Below, in pieces: positions 51,991 through 63,006 of a stretch of DNA of 64,000 nt (its first letter is position 1; the number at the start of each line of letters is the position of its first letter). Origin of the DNA: Spirochaetota bacterium (lineage in GTDB: Bacteria > Spirochaetota > UBA4802 > JAFGDQ01); assembly GCA_043803405.1 (NCBI GenBank), contig JAZDKB010000016.1:59634-123633 (forward strand), read 5' to 3'. The position numbers and the translations under genes are program-made. Under the pieces are notes generated by a model. That model saw only the letters and a program-made list of their open reading frames with translations. It ran no database searches and had not been told where the DNA came from.

Positions 51991-52392
51991 TTATGAAATC
52001 TTACAGAGTATCTCTCCGCCGACATTTAACTTTTTAGCTGCTTTATTCGTTATAACCCCTTTTGAGGTTGATAAAATATTTATTCCAATATTATTCATTA
52101 TGGGTTTAATATCTTCAGCGTTTGTATAAACGCGCCGTCCGGGCTTGCTTACCCTTTCCAGACAATAAATTGCGGATTGTTTATCAGCACCATACTTTAA
52201 GTATATTCTTAATATTTTTTGCCGCTTATCATCCAAAATTTTATAGTTTTTTATAAAACCTTCATTTTTTAAAATTCTGGCGATTGATATTTTTAATTTT
52301 GAAGACGGTATATCGACTCTTAAATGGCCAGCTTTTAAAGCATTTCTTGTTCTTGTTAGCATATCCGCGATGGGATCTGTTAAAACACTCAT
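51991..52392 (-). CDS. rpsH: 30S ribosomal protein uS8
   Basis: DPIADML, SKPGRRVY, GGE. Confidence 0.98.
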   Translation of the reverse strand: MSVLTDPIADMLTRTRNALKAGHLRVDIPSSKLKISIARILKNEGFIKNYKILDDKRQKILRIYLKYGADKQSAIYCLERVSKPGRRVYTNAEDIKPIMNNIGINILSTSKGVITNKAAKKLNVGGEILCKIS

Positions 52393-52421
52393 ATTATCTC
52401 CACCTTTTCTCTCTATTCATT

Positions 52422-52607
52422 TTACCATGAAGACTTTAATACGCCGGGTATTTTGCCTTCTGATGCCAGATTTCTGAAGCAAATCCTACATAATTCAAAT
52501 CTGCGTAAATATGCTCTTGACCTTCCGCATATACGACATCTATGATATTGTCTAACCTCAAATTTTTGTTTTCTTCTTTGCTTTGCAATGATACTTTTTT
52601 TGGCCAA
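52422..52607 (-). CDS. rpsN: 30S ribosomal protein uS14, type Z
   Basis: 61 aa, CRIC...CRIC, IPG..KSSW. Confidence 0.97.
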   Translation of the reverse strand: MAKKSIIAKQRRKQKFEVRQYHRCRICGRSRAYLRRFELCRICFRNLASEGKIPGVLKSSW

Positions 52608-52611
52608 TCAA

Positions 52612-53157
52612 TTATCCCTCTCTAAACGGCATTTTAAATTCATCAAGAAGAGCTTTAGCGTCTTCCCTCTTCTGGCTATTAGTAACAATTGTAATATTAA
52701 TTCCGTGAATTTTTTCAACTTTATCAAAATCAACTTCAGGAAATACAATCTGCTCCATTAGTGAAAAGTTATAATTTCCAAAATTATCAAATGATTTTGG
52801 AGACAATCCTCTGAAGTCCCTGACTCTAGGCAATGTAATGTTAATGAGCCTGTCAAGAAATTCATACATCTTGTTTCCTCTTAGTGTAACACGGCATCCG
52901 ACTTCATAACCTTCTCTTATTTTAAAATTAGAAATAGGCTTTTTAGCTACAGTTTTAACGGCTTTTTGACCGGTAATAAGCGTTAATTCTTCAATAGCTG
53001 AATTTAATGCATTTGCATTTGAATGAGCGTCCCCAATACCTACGTTCAGAACAATCTTTTCTAATTTAGGAACCTGCATTATAGACTTGCAATTAAGCTT
53101 ATTCTTTAAAGTACTTTTTATGGTATTTTGATACTGTTCTCTAAGTCTTGCTATCAT
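52612..53157 (-). CDS. rplE: 50S ribosomal protein uL5
   Basis: [15 protein letters not shown]. Confidence 0.98.
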   Translation of the reverse strand: MIARLREQYQNTIKSTLKNKLNCKSIMQVPKLEKIVLNVGIGDAHSNANALNSAIEELTLITGQKAVKTVAKKPISNFKIREGYEVGCRVTLRGNKMYEFLDRLINITLPRVRDFRGLSPKSFDNFGNYNFSLMEQIVFPEVDFDKVEKIHGINITIVTNSQKREDAKALLDEFKMPFREG

Positions 53158-53169
53158 TATTCTTCACCA

Positions 53170-53526
53170 CTAACTATCGAAACTTTTTCCGCATTTTTTA
53201 CAGATTCGTGCTTTATCATCGTTTTTAATCTGTATTCCAATCCTAACACCTATTTTACATTTTTCACAAAAATACTGAACATTTGAAATATGAATAGGAT
53301 ATTCCAGGTTAATAATACCACCCTTCGGGTTTTCCTGTGTAGGCCTAACAAATTTTTTCTTTTTGTTTATACCTTCAACTACAATTTTTCCTTTCTTTCT
53401 GTCGACAAATAATACTTTCCCGGAGTGACCCCGTTCAGAGCCGGCTATAATTATTACATTATCATTCTTTTTAATACGCGTTTTAATCATACTATATTTA
53501 CCTGTAGAATCAGCAGCTTTTAACAA
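53170..53526 (-). CDS. rplX: 50S ribosomal protein uL24
   Basis: KOW motif, VEGIN, PIHISNV; start uncertain. Confidence 0.95.
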   Translation of the reverse strand: MLKAADSTGKYSMIKTRIKKNDNVIIIAGSERGHSGKVLFVDRKKGKIVVEGINKKKKFVRPTQENPKGGIINLEYPIHISNVQYFCEKCKIGVRIGIQIKNDDKARICKKCGKSFDS

Positions 53527-53555
53527 ATTTGATTTTATAAGCTGTTAAATATTTT

Positions 53556-53954
53556 TTAGAGCACTTCCGGAGCCAATGAAACTATTTTTAAAAAATTTTT
53601 TTCGCGAAGCTCCCTGGCCACAGGACCAAAAATTCTTGATCCCCGCGGTTCACCTTTTGCATCAATTATTGCGACAGCGTTATCGTCAAACCTGATATAT
53701 GAACCATCTTTCCTTCTAACAGGCTTCTTTGTTCGGACAACGACCGCTTTAAGAACTGATTTTGTATGCACTTTTTTCCCTGTTGCGTCTTTTAAACCGT
53801 ACGAAGGCTGGGAATCTTTTACAGATACAACAATAATATCACCAACCGAAGCATATCTTTTCTTTGTGCCGCCTAATACTTTTATGCACATAACTCTTTT
53901 CACGCCGCTGTTATCAGCTACATTTAGCATTGTATATTCTTGTATCATGGTCAA
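53556..53954 (-). CDS. rplN: 50S ribosomal protein uL14 with internal insertion
   Basis: [30 protein letters not shown]. Confidence 0.98.
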   Translation of the reverse strand: MTMIQEYTMLNVADNSGVKRVMCIKVLGGTKKRYASVGDIIVVSVKDSQPSYGLKDATGKKVHTKSVLKAVVVRTKKPVRRKDGSYIRFDDNAVAIIDAKGEPRGSRIFGPVARELREKNFLKIVSLAPEVL

Positions 53955-53959
53955 AAACC

Positions 53960-54208
53960 TTATTTAGCTTTTTCTAAAATTTCAATTAATCTGTATCTTT
54001 TTTCTTTGGATAACGGCCTTGTCTCTTCTATTTTAACTATATCACCGACTGTACATTCGTTTTTCTCATCATGCGTTTTTACGTGTTTTGTTCTTCTGAC
54101 GGATTTTTTATAAAGAGTATGCATCAACAGTCTTTCCAATTCAACAACTGCCGTCTTGTCCATTTTAGTGCTCGTGACTTTACCAACTATCTGCTTCCTT
54201 TTTCCCAT
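53960..54208 (-). CDS. rpsQ: 30S ribosomal protein uS17
   Basis: [15 protein letters not shown]. Confidence 0.98.
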   Translation of the reverse strand: MGKRKQIVGKVTSTKMDKTAVVELERLLMHTLYKKSVRRTKHVKTHDEKNECTVGDIVKIEETRPLSKEKRYRLIEILEKAK

Positions 54209-54244
54209 ATCTAATATTTTACCTCGATATTTTGCAATAAATAG

Positions 54245-54451
54245 TTATTTTTTAGGTAACCTTTTCCCTAACTCATACTCGCGCTTGATAGTTAAAATCC
54301 TGGCAATATGTTTTTTCAAATTATGAACTTTTTTTGGATTTTCAAGTGTACTGGTAACGCGTTTAAATCTTTCCATTCTCAAAGCTTCTTTTGATTCTTT
54401 TAAGCTTTTGTCCAATTCTTCAATGTTCAACTCTTCAAGTTTTCCCTTCAT
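54245..54451 (-). CDS. rpmC: 50S ribosomal protein uL29
   Basis: LENP...IARILT; synteny. Confidence 0.93.
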   Translation of the reverse strand: MKGKLEELNIEELDKSLKESKEALRMERFKRVTSTLENPKKVHNLKKHIARILTIKREYELGKRLPKK

Positions 54452-54486
54452 ATTATAACCTTAAATATCGTAATATAGAACTTAGA

Positions 54487-54897
54487 TTAATCTGATAATG
54501 ACACAATTTTCGTCTGAACAGCAAGCTTAAACGCTGCTAACCTTAGTGCTTCCCTTGAAAGAGTATCCTCAATACCGGCTATTTCAAATAATATTTCTCC
54601 GGGTTTAATTTTAGCTACCCAGCCTTCAGGATTTCCTTTTCCTTTACCCATTCTAGTTTCTGCAGGTTTTTTCGTTTCAGGATAATCCGGAAATACTCTT
54701 ATCCAGACTTTACCGCCCCTCTTAACACGCCTTGATATTGCTATACGGGCAGCTTCAATCTGTTTGTTGGAAATTTTTCCGCATTCAATAGCTTTTAGAC
54801 CGAATTCACCGAACATTATTGTGGATCCGCGATGCGCTTTACCTCTCATCCTTCCACGCTGTTGTTTTCTATACTTAGTCCTTTTAGGCATTAACAT
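54487..54897 (-). CDS. rplP: 50S ribosomal protein uL16
   Basis: [15 protein letters not shown]. Confidence 0.98.
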   Translation of the reverse strand: MLMPKRTKYRKQQRGRMRGKAHRGSTIMFGEFGLKAIECGKISNKQIEAARIAISRRVKRGGKVWIRVFPDYPETKKPAETRMGKGKGNPEGWVAKIKPGEILFEIAGIEDTLSREALRLAAFKLAVQTKIVSLSD

Positions 54898-54908
54898 AGG
54901 CGAACCTT

Positions 54909-55589
54909 CTATCTCTTCTTTCTTTTAACGGAATATTTATCTTCTTCTGTGACTTCTCTTCCTGATAAAATATCACCATTATAAACCCAGACTTTTACTC
55001 CAATAAGACCGAACGTCGTTAAAGCTTCGGCAAATCCATAATCAATGTCTGCTCTTAATGTATGAAGAGGTATTCTCCCTTCTTTGTAAGATTCATATCG
55101 TGACATTTCTGCGCCATTTAACCTGCCCGATACAGCGACTTTTATCCCAAGAGCTCCGCTGCGAATCGCGCCCGAAATAGCCTGTTTTATAGATCTTCTG
55201 AACGGAAATCTTGCCTTTAACTGAGAGGCTATCTGTTCTGCAACTAACCTCGCATTCTGCTCAACTTTTTTTTCTTCTATTATATTTATATATATTTTTT
55301 TTGATGCAATCTTCTGGATGTCTGTTTTCATTAACTCAATATCGGCGCCTTTCCTTCCAATAAGTATACCGGGTCTTGCAGCATGTATATTAACATTGAC
55401 CCTGTCTGGAAATCTTTCTACAACAACCTTCGATATCCCGGCCGGTTTATACTTACTTTCAACAAATTTACGGATATTTATATCCTCATGAAGATTATTT
55501 ATATATGACTTTTTATCGTCATACCAAATTGAATCCCAATTCTTTATAATACCCAATCTAAAACTTACAGGATTTACCTTCTGACCCAT
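54909..55589 (-). CDS. rpsC: 30S ribosomal protein uS3
   Basis: [21 protein letters not shown]. Confidence 0.98.
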   Translation of the reverse strand: MGQKVNPVSFRLGIIKNWDSIWYDDKKSYINNLHEDINIRKFVESKYKPAGISKVVVERFPDRVNVNIHAARPGILIGRKGADIELMKTDIQKIASKKIYINIIEEKKVEQNARLVAEQIASQLKARFPFRRSIKQAISGAIRSGALGIKVAVSGRLNGAEMSRYESYKEGRIPLHTLRADIDYGFAEALTTFGLIGVKVWVYNGDILSGREVTEEDKYSVKRKKR

Positions 55590-55610
55590 ATTATTTTTCC
55601 AAATGTTTAT

Positions 55611-55943
55611 TTAGTCGGACAAAACTACCAGGATATGGCTTGTCCGTTTTCTTATTCTAGCCGCTCTTCCTCTTGCTCTTGCCCTAAATCTTTTTAGCGT
55701 AGGTCCAACATCTATTGAAATCATCTTAATATAAAGACTGTCTTCCAAAATATCAGGATTTTTATATTTTGCATTTGCACCGGCAGAATGCAAGGTTTTC
55801 AGTATTAATTCAGACGCTTTCTGCGGCATTGCTTTTAAAGCGTCAACAGCTTCGGGATATGAGTATCCTTTTATCTCGTTGGCAACTAATCTTGCTTTCG
55901 AGGAAGATATTCTGTTATATCTTGATATTGCCTTAGCCTCCAC
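55611..55943 (-). CDS. rplV: 50S ribosomal protein uL22
   Basis: KARLVA, RARGRA, KRTSHI. Confidence 0.98.
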   Translation of the reverse strand: MEAKAISRYNRISSSKARLVANEIKGYSYPEAVDALKAMPQKASELILKTLHSAGANAKYKNPDILEDSLYIKMISIDVGPTLKRFRARARGRAARIRKRTSHILVVLSD

Positions 55944-55950
55944 AGCTTAT

Positions 55951-56238
55951 TTACCTCTTTTTCTTTGCAGATTTATCGTCTTTACTGGTATGGCCTCTAT
56001 AAGTTCTTGTGGGAGCAAATTCTCCCAATTTATGACCTACCATGTTTTCAGTAACATATACCGGAATAAAATTTTTTCCATTATGAACCATTAGCGTATG
56101 ACCTATCATTTCTGGAAAAATTGTTGAACGTCTAGACCAGGTTTTCAACGCCTTTTTAGTATTTGTGGAATTCATTTCTTCAATTCTTTTGAAGAGTTTA
56201 ATGTCAATGTAAGGACCTTTTTTAACCGATCTCGACAT
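55951..56238 (-). CDS. rpsS: 30S ribosomal protein uS19
   Basis: [19 protein letters not shown]. Confidence 0.98.
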   Translation of the reverse strand: MSRSVKKGPYIDIKLFKRIEEMNSTNTKKALKTWSRRSTIFPEMIGHTLMVHNGKNFIPVYVTENMVGHKLGEFAPTRTYRGHTSKDDKSAKKKR

Positions 56239-56241
56239 AGT

Positions 56242-57066
56242 CTATTTCCTTCTCTTTAAGATCATTTTATTGCTGTATTTCTTCTTTTTTCTGGTTTTAA
56301 ATCCTTTTGTCGGTACACCTGTAGGAGACACAGGATGCCTGCCACCTGAACTTTTTCCTTCTCCTCCTCCAAGCGGATGATCGACTGGATTCATGGCAAC
56401 ACCCCTGACTTTCGGTCTTCTGTGCATCCATCTCGATCTGCCTGCCTTGCCGTAAATAACCTGACCCTGATCTTTATTTCCTACTTCACCTATTGTGGCG
56501 TAATTATCTTTGTGTATCTTTCTCATTTCGCCTGAAGGCAATTTAATAAAAACATAATTACCTTCTTTGGCAGTGATTTGAGCAGTCGCACCTGCAGACC
56601 TGACAAGCTGTCCACCCTTTCCGCGGTGCATTTCAATATTATAAATATTTGTGCCCTGCGGAATATTTCTCATCGGCATGCAATTGCCGATTCTAATTTC
56701 AGCTGTATCGGAAGAGATTATTACATCGTTTACGGATAGTGATTCAGGTGCTATAATATATTTCTTTTCACCGTCTTTATAGGTAATTAATGCAATATTT
56801 GAGGTTCTGTTCGGATCATATTCAATCGATGTTACCTTACCTTCAATATTGTACTTATCGCGTTTAAAATCGATTATTCTGTATTTCCTCTTGTGACCGC
56901 CGCCCTTCCTTCTAACGGAGATCTGACCTTTTGCTCCTCTCCCGGCAAATTCCTTCTTGCCAACAGTTAATTTTTTATACGGTTTATCTGTAGTTAATTC
57001 TTCAAAGGTAAGTGTGGTTTTATACCTTTGAATCGGGGTTATCGGCCTGTATTTTTTTATACCCAT
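56242..57066 (-). CDS. rplB: 50S ribosomal protein uL2
   Basis: EYDPNR, RGVAMNPVDHPLGGGEG. Confidence 0.99.
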   Translation of the reverse strand: MGIKKYRPITPIQRYKTTLTFEELTTDKPYKKLTVGKKEFAGRGAKGQISVRRKGGGHKRKYRIIDFKRDKYNIEGKVTSIEYDPNRTSNIALITYKDGEKKYIIAPESLSVNDVIISSDTAEIRIGNCMPMRNIPQGTNIYNIEMHRGKGGQLVRSAGATAQITAKEGNYVFIKLPSGEMRKIHKDNYATIGEVGNKDQGQVIYGKAGRSRWMHRRPKVRGVAMNPVDHPLGGGEGKSSGGRHPVSPTGVPTKGFKTRKKKKYSNKMILKRRK

Positions 57067-57114
57067 GAAAATTTCCCTTAATTATCTTAACGATTGTCTT
57101 CCATATTTTCTTAA

Positions 57115-57399
57115 TTATTGATTCTCAAACAATTCGATCTTCTCATTCTCGTTTAATGTAATAACAGCTTTTTTCCAGGAAGATGTGAATCCATACTGAT
57201 ACCTGACTCTTTTCCTTTTTCCTCTGACTTTCATTACATTTATTCTTACAGGTGTAACGTTAAAGATCTCTTTAACAGCCTTTTTAATAATATGCTTGTT
57301 CGCTTTCATCGGGACTCTAAAGACATATTTATTAAATTCTTTCAAATCTGTTGTCTTTTCCGATAAAATAGGCCTGATTATTACATCATTATAATTCAT
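57115..57399 (-). CDS. rplW: 50S ribosomal protein uL23
   Basis: PILSEK, WKKAVITL. Confidence 0.97.
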   Translation of the reverse strand: MNYNDVIIRPILSEKTTDLKEFNKYVFRVPMKANKHIIKKAVKEIFNVTPVRINVMKVRGKRKRVRYQYGFTSSWKKAVITLNENEKIELFENQ

Positions 57400-58028
57400 T
57401 ATTTATCACCTTCGGCATATTTACTATTCAAATAATTGACAGCGCCTTCAGTAATTATTATTATTTTTGAATAGAATATATCTCTGCTCGAAATTCTCTT
57501 TGTGTTATTATAAGTAAACCAGGGAATATTTCTGATTGCTCTCTTTAATAATTTATCCTCGCTATCAGTCAACAATACGCCTTTTTTTACATTTAAAGTA
57601 TTTCCTATTGTGACGATTTCTTTTGTTTTGCCGTCTTTTATGTTAAAATCTTCAACAACTTTGATTGAACCTTCTTTCATTTTTAATGATAGAAGAGAAC
57701 GCATTGCCTCTCTTCTGATATTTTTAGGTAAATCGATACGATAATCCCTAGGTTTTGGACCAAATACTGTTCCTCCACCCTTCCATTGAGGCGCTCTTAT
57801 GCTTCCCTGTCTGGCCCGGCCTGTGCCTTTTTGTCTCCACGGTTTAATCCCGCCACCTCTTACATAAGAACGTTCTTTAGTGGCGTGCGTCCCCTGCCTT
57901 AAATTCGCATTAGCAGATTTAATTAATTCATAAAGGAGTATATCATTTACTTTAGCTTTAAATACTGAATCAGCTAATTCAATTTCTCCTATTTTATTAC
58001 CGTTTATAGAATATTTATCTAAAACCAT
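57399..58028 (-). CDS. rplD: 50S ribosomal protein uL4
   Basis: KPWRQKGTGRARQGS. Confidence 0.98.
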   Translation of the reverse strand: MVLDKYSINGNKIGEIELADSVFKAKVNDILLYELIKSANANLRQGTHATKERSYVRGGGIKPWRQKGTGRARQGSIRAPQWKGGGTVFGPKPRDYRIDLPKNIRREAMRSLLSLKMKEGSIKVVEDFNIKDGKTKEIVTIGNTLNVKKGVLLTDSEDKLLKRAIRNIPWFTYNNTKRISSRDIFYSKIIIITEGAVNYLNSKYAEGDK

Positions 58029-58030
58029 AA

Positions 58031-58654
58031 CTACTTAGCCTTTGCTCTTACTACGATTATTGAGTTTTTTGTTCCTGGAACAGCTCCGGAAATAAGAACT
58101 ATATTTTTATCTTCATATACTTTTACAATTTTCAGATTTTTAACCGTAACAGTTTTATTGCCGAGTCTTCCCGGCATTTTTTGTCCTTTCCAAACTTCAC
58201 TGGGATAAGCACAGGCGCCTATTGAACCGGGAGCGCGCCAGAAGTTTGAACCGCGTGATGCTTTACCGCCTTTAAAACCATGTCTTTTCACAACGCCGGC
58301 AAAACCCCGGCCTTTGGAAACACCGGTTACTTCGACTATTTCATTATCAGAAAAAATGTTACATGAAATGACGCTTCCATTATTCAACGATTCATCGAAA
58401 ACATCAATTTCTCTTAATATTTTCTTTGGAGGAATAGCGCGTTTTTTTAAATCTTCAGAAATCGATTTATTCAATCTTTGTGCTTTCTGATCAATATAGC
58501 CGACTTTTAAAGAATGATACCCGTCTATTTCTACGGTTTTCTTTTGTATTACAACACATGGACCAAGTTCACATATTGTGACTGGAAGAATACTTCCATC
58601 TTCACAAAAATATTCGCTCATTCCAATCTTCTTCCCTATCAGAGCTTTACTCAT
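58031..58654 (-). CDS. rplC: 50S ribosomal protein uL3
   Basis: GKKIGM, SKGRGFAGVVKRH, GAVPG. Confidence 0.98.
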   Translation of the reverse strand: MSKALIGKKIGMSEYFCEDGSILPVTICELGPCVVIQKKTVEIDGYHSLKVGYIDQKAQRLNKSISEDLKKRAIPPKKILREIDVFDESLNNGSVISCNIFSDNEIVEVTGVSKGRGFAGVVKRHGFKGGKASRGSNFWRAPGSIGACAYPSEVWKGQKMPGRLGNKTVTVKNLKIVKVYEDKNIVLISGAVPGTKNSIIVVRAKAK

Positions 58655-58712
58655 TGCTCTACCCTATTATATATATTATCGTTTAATGTATAAATATTTC
58701 TTTTAACTACTC

Positions 58713-58755
58713 AACAAAAGTGTCATTCACCCGCCTACAGCATGGGAATGACACT
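58713..58755 (-). terminator. Terminator-like hairpin between rpsJ and rplC
   Basis: agtgtcattc/gaatgacact 10-bp stem (58719-58728/58746-58755), followed by TTTGTT on minus strand. Confidence 0.5.
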
Positions 58756-58879
58756 CACAAGTTTCACTACATTATTAAAAAAATAAAATTTCTTTTTTTA
58801 ATATTTTAGATACAGGATAAAAGATATCCTATATATATTATTCCTAATTTAATTCACAATAGATATTTGCGATAATTAT

Positions 58880-59197
58880 TTAGGATTTTATGTCTACTGA
58901 TACACCGGCTGGAAGCTCAAGTTTCATAAGCGCCTCGACTGTATCCGAATTCGGATTAACAATATCAATAAGACGCTTATGTGTTCTTATTTCAAACTGT
59001 TCTCGCGATTTCTTATTTACATGCGGTGATCTTAACACGCAAAACTTTTCTATTTTAGTCGGTAGTGGGATAGGCCCTGCAACATTGGCACCGCTTCTTT
59101 TAGTAGTGATAACAATTTTTGCCGCCGATTGATCCAGTAATCTGGCATCGAATGATTTCAGTTTTACCCTAATTTTTTGTTCGCCAATCTTACCCAC
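58880..59197 (-). CDS. rpsJ: 30S ribosomal protein uS10
   Basis: [20 protein letters not shown]. Confidence 0.98.
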   Translation of the reverse strand: MGKIGEQKIRVKLKSFDARLLDQSAAKIVITTKRSGANVAGPIPLPTKIEKFCVLRSPHVNKKSREQFEIRTHKRLIDIVNPNSDTVEALMKLELPAGVSVDIKS

Positions 59198-59317
59198 TTA
59201 TTACTCCTCGTAATTTATATTAAGTTTGCCTTAATGTTAAACAATTATTTAACAATTATCATGTAAAAACCTGACAAAACTATTCTATACCAAAATAAAG
59301 TCAAACTTTTTTTAGTT

Positions 59318-60523
59318 CTACTCTAATATTTTAGCAACAACACCTGCTCCGACAGTCCTTCCTCCTTCGCGAATAGCGAATCTGGAAGATTCTTCCATTG
59401 CTATATTGGTAATCAATTGTACTATCATTTTTACATTATCACCCGGCATTATCATCTCAACGCCTTCAGGTAATTGAATGGTTCCTGTAACGTCGGTGGT
59501 TCTGAAATAAAACTGGGGCCTGTAATTGTTGAAAAATGGAGTATGACGTCCCCCTTCTTCTTTTGATAATACATAAACTTCAGCTTCAAATTTCTTATGA
59601 GGTGTAATGGAACCCGGCTTGGCAAGCACCTGTCCTCTTTCGACTTCTTCTTTTCCTATACTGCGCAGAAGACATCCGACATTGTCACCAGCCTGTCCGG
59701 AATCCAGTATTTTACGGAACATTTCAACTCCCGTACAAACTGTCTTTCTTGTGTCGCCAAGGCCGACAATTTCAACTTCTTCGCCTGTTTTTACAGTTCC
59801 TCTTTCTATTCTGCCGGTAACAACTGTTCCGCGTCCAGTGATTGAAAATACGTCTTCAATCGGCATAAGGAACGGTTTATCTGTAAGCCTTATTGGATCA
59901 GGAATATAAGTATCCAAAGCTGCCATCAATTCTTTGACCGAATTAACTCCTGCTTCATCACCTTTGATCGCACCCAGCGCTGAACCTTTAATAACAGGCA
60001 GATCGTCACCGGGGAATTCATATTTATTTAAAAGTTCTCTTACTTCCATTTCAATAAGATCCAGCATCTCATCCTTATCTGCAGGATCAAGCTTATCGAT
60101 TTTATTTATGAAAACAACTATATAAGGTACGTTAACCTGCTTCGCTAAAAGAACATGTTCCTTCGTTTGCGGCATAGGACCATCGGTATCAACAACCAGG
60201 ATTGCCGCATCCATTTGAGCTGCGCCTGTTATCATGTTCTTAATATAATCTGCATGTCCCGGACAATCGACATGTGCATAATGACGCTTAACAGTTTCAT
60301 ATTCCACATGAGAAGTAGCGATGGTTAAAATCTTTGAAGCATCGCGCCGGCCCTGAGACTCAGATGCTTTGGCTACTTCATCATAGGAAACAAATTTGGC
60401 GAAGCCCATAGTTTCTGAAACTTTGGTCAATGCCGCTGTTAATGTTGTTTTCCCGTGGTCAATGTGACCGATTGTGCCGACATTAACATGGGTTTTTGTT
60501 CTTTGAAATTTTTCCTTTGCCAT
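59318..60523 (-). CDS. tuf: Elongation factor Tu with non-canonical switch I
   Basis: [42 protein letters not shown]. Confidence 0.99.
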   Translation of the reverse strand: MAKEKFQRTKTHVNVGTIGHIDHGKTTLTAALTKVSETMGFAKFVSYDEVAKASESQGRRDASKILTIATSHVEYETVKRHYAHVDCPGHADYIKNMITGAAQMDAAILVVDTDGPMPQTKEHVLLAKQVNVPYIVVFINKIDKLDPADKDEMLDLIEMEVRELLNKYEFPGDDLPVIKGSALGAIKGDEAGVNSVKELMAALDTYIPDPIRLTDKPFLMPIEDVFSITGRGTVVTGRIERGTVKTGEEVEIVGLGDTRKTVCTGVEMFRKILDSGQAGDNVGCLLRSIGKEEVERGQVLAKPGSITPHKKFEAEVYVLSKEEGGRHTPFFNNYRPQFYFRTTDVTGTIQLPEGVEMIMPGDNVKMIVQLITNIAMEESSRFAIREGGRTVGAGVVAKILE

Positions 60524-60760
60524 TTTGTTTCTCCTTATATTTTCCTAAAATTCCATCAATTAATATAATAGTTTTGCATTAATAATACAATATTAAAATT
60601 AAGAATATCAACTGTTTTTCGGACTAATAAAACAAGAAGGACCGAACGATGACTGCTGTGATATTTAAGTGTATGATTAAAAATACAATTATGCCGTATA
60701 TGTCAACAAATTAATTAAAAAAAATATTTTTTCTTTAAAAACATACTAAATATTTTCCGG

Positions 60761-62848
60761 TCAAAAAATCCTGCCCATTATTCTGCCGATAATATTTTCC
60801 ATTATATTTGCAGGCACAGAATCGAAATGGCTGAATTGCAATGTGTGAGACGCGCGTCCCTGGGTTAATGAACGCAAACTGGTCGCGTATCCAAACATCT
60901 CCGATAACGGTACCGATGCATCTATAACTTTTAGCTGTTTTCGTATGTCTATCTTTTCGATCCTCCCTCTCCTTGTATTAATATCATTTATAACATCACC
61001 AGTGTATTCATCCGGAGACACGACCTCAAGCTTCATAATAGGTTCAAGCAGCGTCGGATTACCGTTCCGGGCTCCGTCCTTAACTGCTAAATTTGCTGCT
61101 ATCCTGTAAGCAGTATCAACTGAACTTGAGTCATTATACGATCCGCCGATCAGTTTCGTTTTAATATCCACCATCTCATAACCTGCGAGTATTCCAGCCA
61201 TCATTGCGCTTCTTACTCCTTCCTCAACAAAAGGAATGTATGTAGGAGGGATATCATCTCCTTTCAGGTGGTTTTCAAATACAATTCCGGAGCCTGGTTT
61301 TAAAGGTTCAAGCTCAAGTATAACATGACCGAACTGATCCTGTCCAGCTATTTGTTTTAAATATTTATTCTCACATATTGTCTTCTTTGTGATCGTTTCC
61401 TTATATGTTACCTGCGGTTTTCCGACATTCGCCTGTATATTGAACTCCCTCATCAATCTATCTACAATTATTTCAAGATGAAGCTCTCCCATTCCGGAAA
61501 TAAGCGTCTGCCCTGTTTCAGGATCAATATGAACATGAAATGTCGGATCCTCCTCCTCCAGACGTTTTAATGCTGCATTAAATTTTTCCTGATCCGCCCT
61601 TGTCTTTGGCTCAAAACTTTTCGAAATTACTGGCTCAGGAAATTCCATTTTTTCAAGCAAAATGGGCGCATCCGGTGATGTAAACGTATCGCCGGTACGG
61701 GCTGATCTTAAGCCAACAAATGCGGCAATATCGCCTGTATGCACTTCGTCAACATCTTCCCTGTCGTTTGCATGCATCCGCAATATTCTTCCGATCCTTT
61801 CTTTCTTATTCTTGCTGACATTTAAAATTGTTTCACCTTTTTTTACCTGGCCTGAATACACTCTGGCAAATGCCAGGCTCCCGACGAACGGATCTGACAT
61901 AATTTTAAATACCAGCGAACAAAATGGTTCTTTATCGCCTGCCTCCCTGCTGAACATTTCTTCATAATCATTCGGATTATGTCCTTCTACCGGCCGGAGG
62001 TCTTTCGGCGATGGAAGATAATCGACAATCGCATCTAGTATTGGCTGTACGCCTTTATTTTTAAATGCGCTGCCGCAAAATACAGGAAATACCTGCGCAT
62101 TGATAGTGCTTTTTCTTATAGCATCCTTCAATTCGGCATTCTCAATGGTTAAACCTTCAACATACTTCTCCATGATATTATCGTTGTATTCGGCCAATGT
62201 TTCTATTAAATTTTTTCTGTACTCTTCCGCATTTTCTTTTAAATTATCCGGAATTTCGGTTTCCAAAATTTCTTCACCAAGTGAGTCCTTCCATACCTGT
62301 GCTTTCATATTTACGATATCGACAATGCCGGAATATTTATCTTCCATACCAACAGGTATCTGAAGAGGCAGCGGGACCGCAAATAATCTTTCCTTTATCA
62401 TCTCAATGGTTCTTTCGTAATCAGCCCCTATCCTGTCCATTTTATTTACAAAGCAAATACGGGGAATATGATAATGATCCGCCTGTCTCCATACTGTTTC
62501 CGACTGCGGCTCAACACCGGCAACCGAATCAAATACGGCTATAGCCGAATCCAGCACCCTTAGGCTTCTTTCCACTTCTACGGTAAAATCCACATGACCA
62601 GGAGTATCAATAATATTTATCCTTGTATTTTTCCAGAAGCATGTAGTTGCTGCCGCAGTAATTGTAATGCCTCTTTCTTTCTCCTGGATCATCCAGTCCA
62701 TTTCTGCAGTGCCTTCGTGTACTTCCCCGATTTTATAGGTTTTGCCGGTGTAATATAAAATTCTTTCGGTTAAGGTTGTTTTGCCGGCATCTATATGCGC
62801 CATTATTCCTATGTTTCTGGTTCTTGATAAAGGTAGTTCTCTGGGCAT
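60761..62848 (-). CDS. fusA: Elongation factor G, str-operon copy with divergent domain IV
   Basis: [30 protein letters not shown]. Confidence 0.97.
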   Translation of the reverse strand: MPRELPLSRTRNIGIMAHIDAGKTTLTERILYYTGKTYKIGEVHEGTAEMDWMIQEKERGITITAAATTCFWKNTRINIIDTPGHVDFTVEVERSLRVLDSAIAVFDSVAGVEPQSETVWRQADHYHIPRICFVNKMDRIGADYERTIEMIKERLFAVPLPLQIPVGMEDKYSGIVDIVNMKAQVWKDSLGEEILETEIPDNLKENAEEYRKNLIETLAEYNDNIMEKYVEGLTIENAELKDAIRKSTINAQVFPVFCGSAFKNKGVQPILDAIVDYLPSPKDLRPVEGHNPNDYEEMFSREAGDKEPFCSLVFKIMSDPFVGSLAFARVYSGQVKKGETILNVSKNKKERIGRILRMHANDREDVDEVHTGDIAAFVGLRSARTGDTFTSPDAPILLEKMEFPEPVISKSFEPKTRADQEKFNAALKRLEEEDPTFHVHIDPETGQTLISGMGELHLEIIVDRLMREFNIQANVGKPQVTYKETITKKTICENKYLKQIAGQDQFGHVILELEPLKPGSGIVFENHLKGDDIPPTYIPFVEEGVRSAMMAGILAGYEMVDIKTKLIGGSYNDSSSVDTAYRIAANLAVKDGARNGNPTLLEPIMKLEVVSPDEYTGDVINDINTRRGRIEKIDIRKQLKVIDASVPLSEMFGYATSLRSLTQGRASHTLQFSHFDSVPANIMENIIGRIMGRIF

Positions 62849-62892
62849 AAGTATTATCTAAAAAAAATTTTTATTCACTACTATAAAATATT

Positions 62893-62921
62893 AAATACCA
62901 GGGTTTATAACCCTGGTATTT
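62893..62921 (-). terminator. Strong hairpin between rpsG and fusA
   Basis: aaataccagggtt-tat-aaccctggtattt, perfect 13-bp stem. Confidence 0.6.
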
Positions 62922-63006
62922 TACTAAAAAATATAATTTCTATATTCTTATAGAGTTGTATTCGTTAAAAAAGGGAAGCTAAACACAACAACGATTACAA
63001 ATAAGA

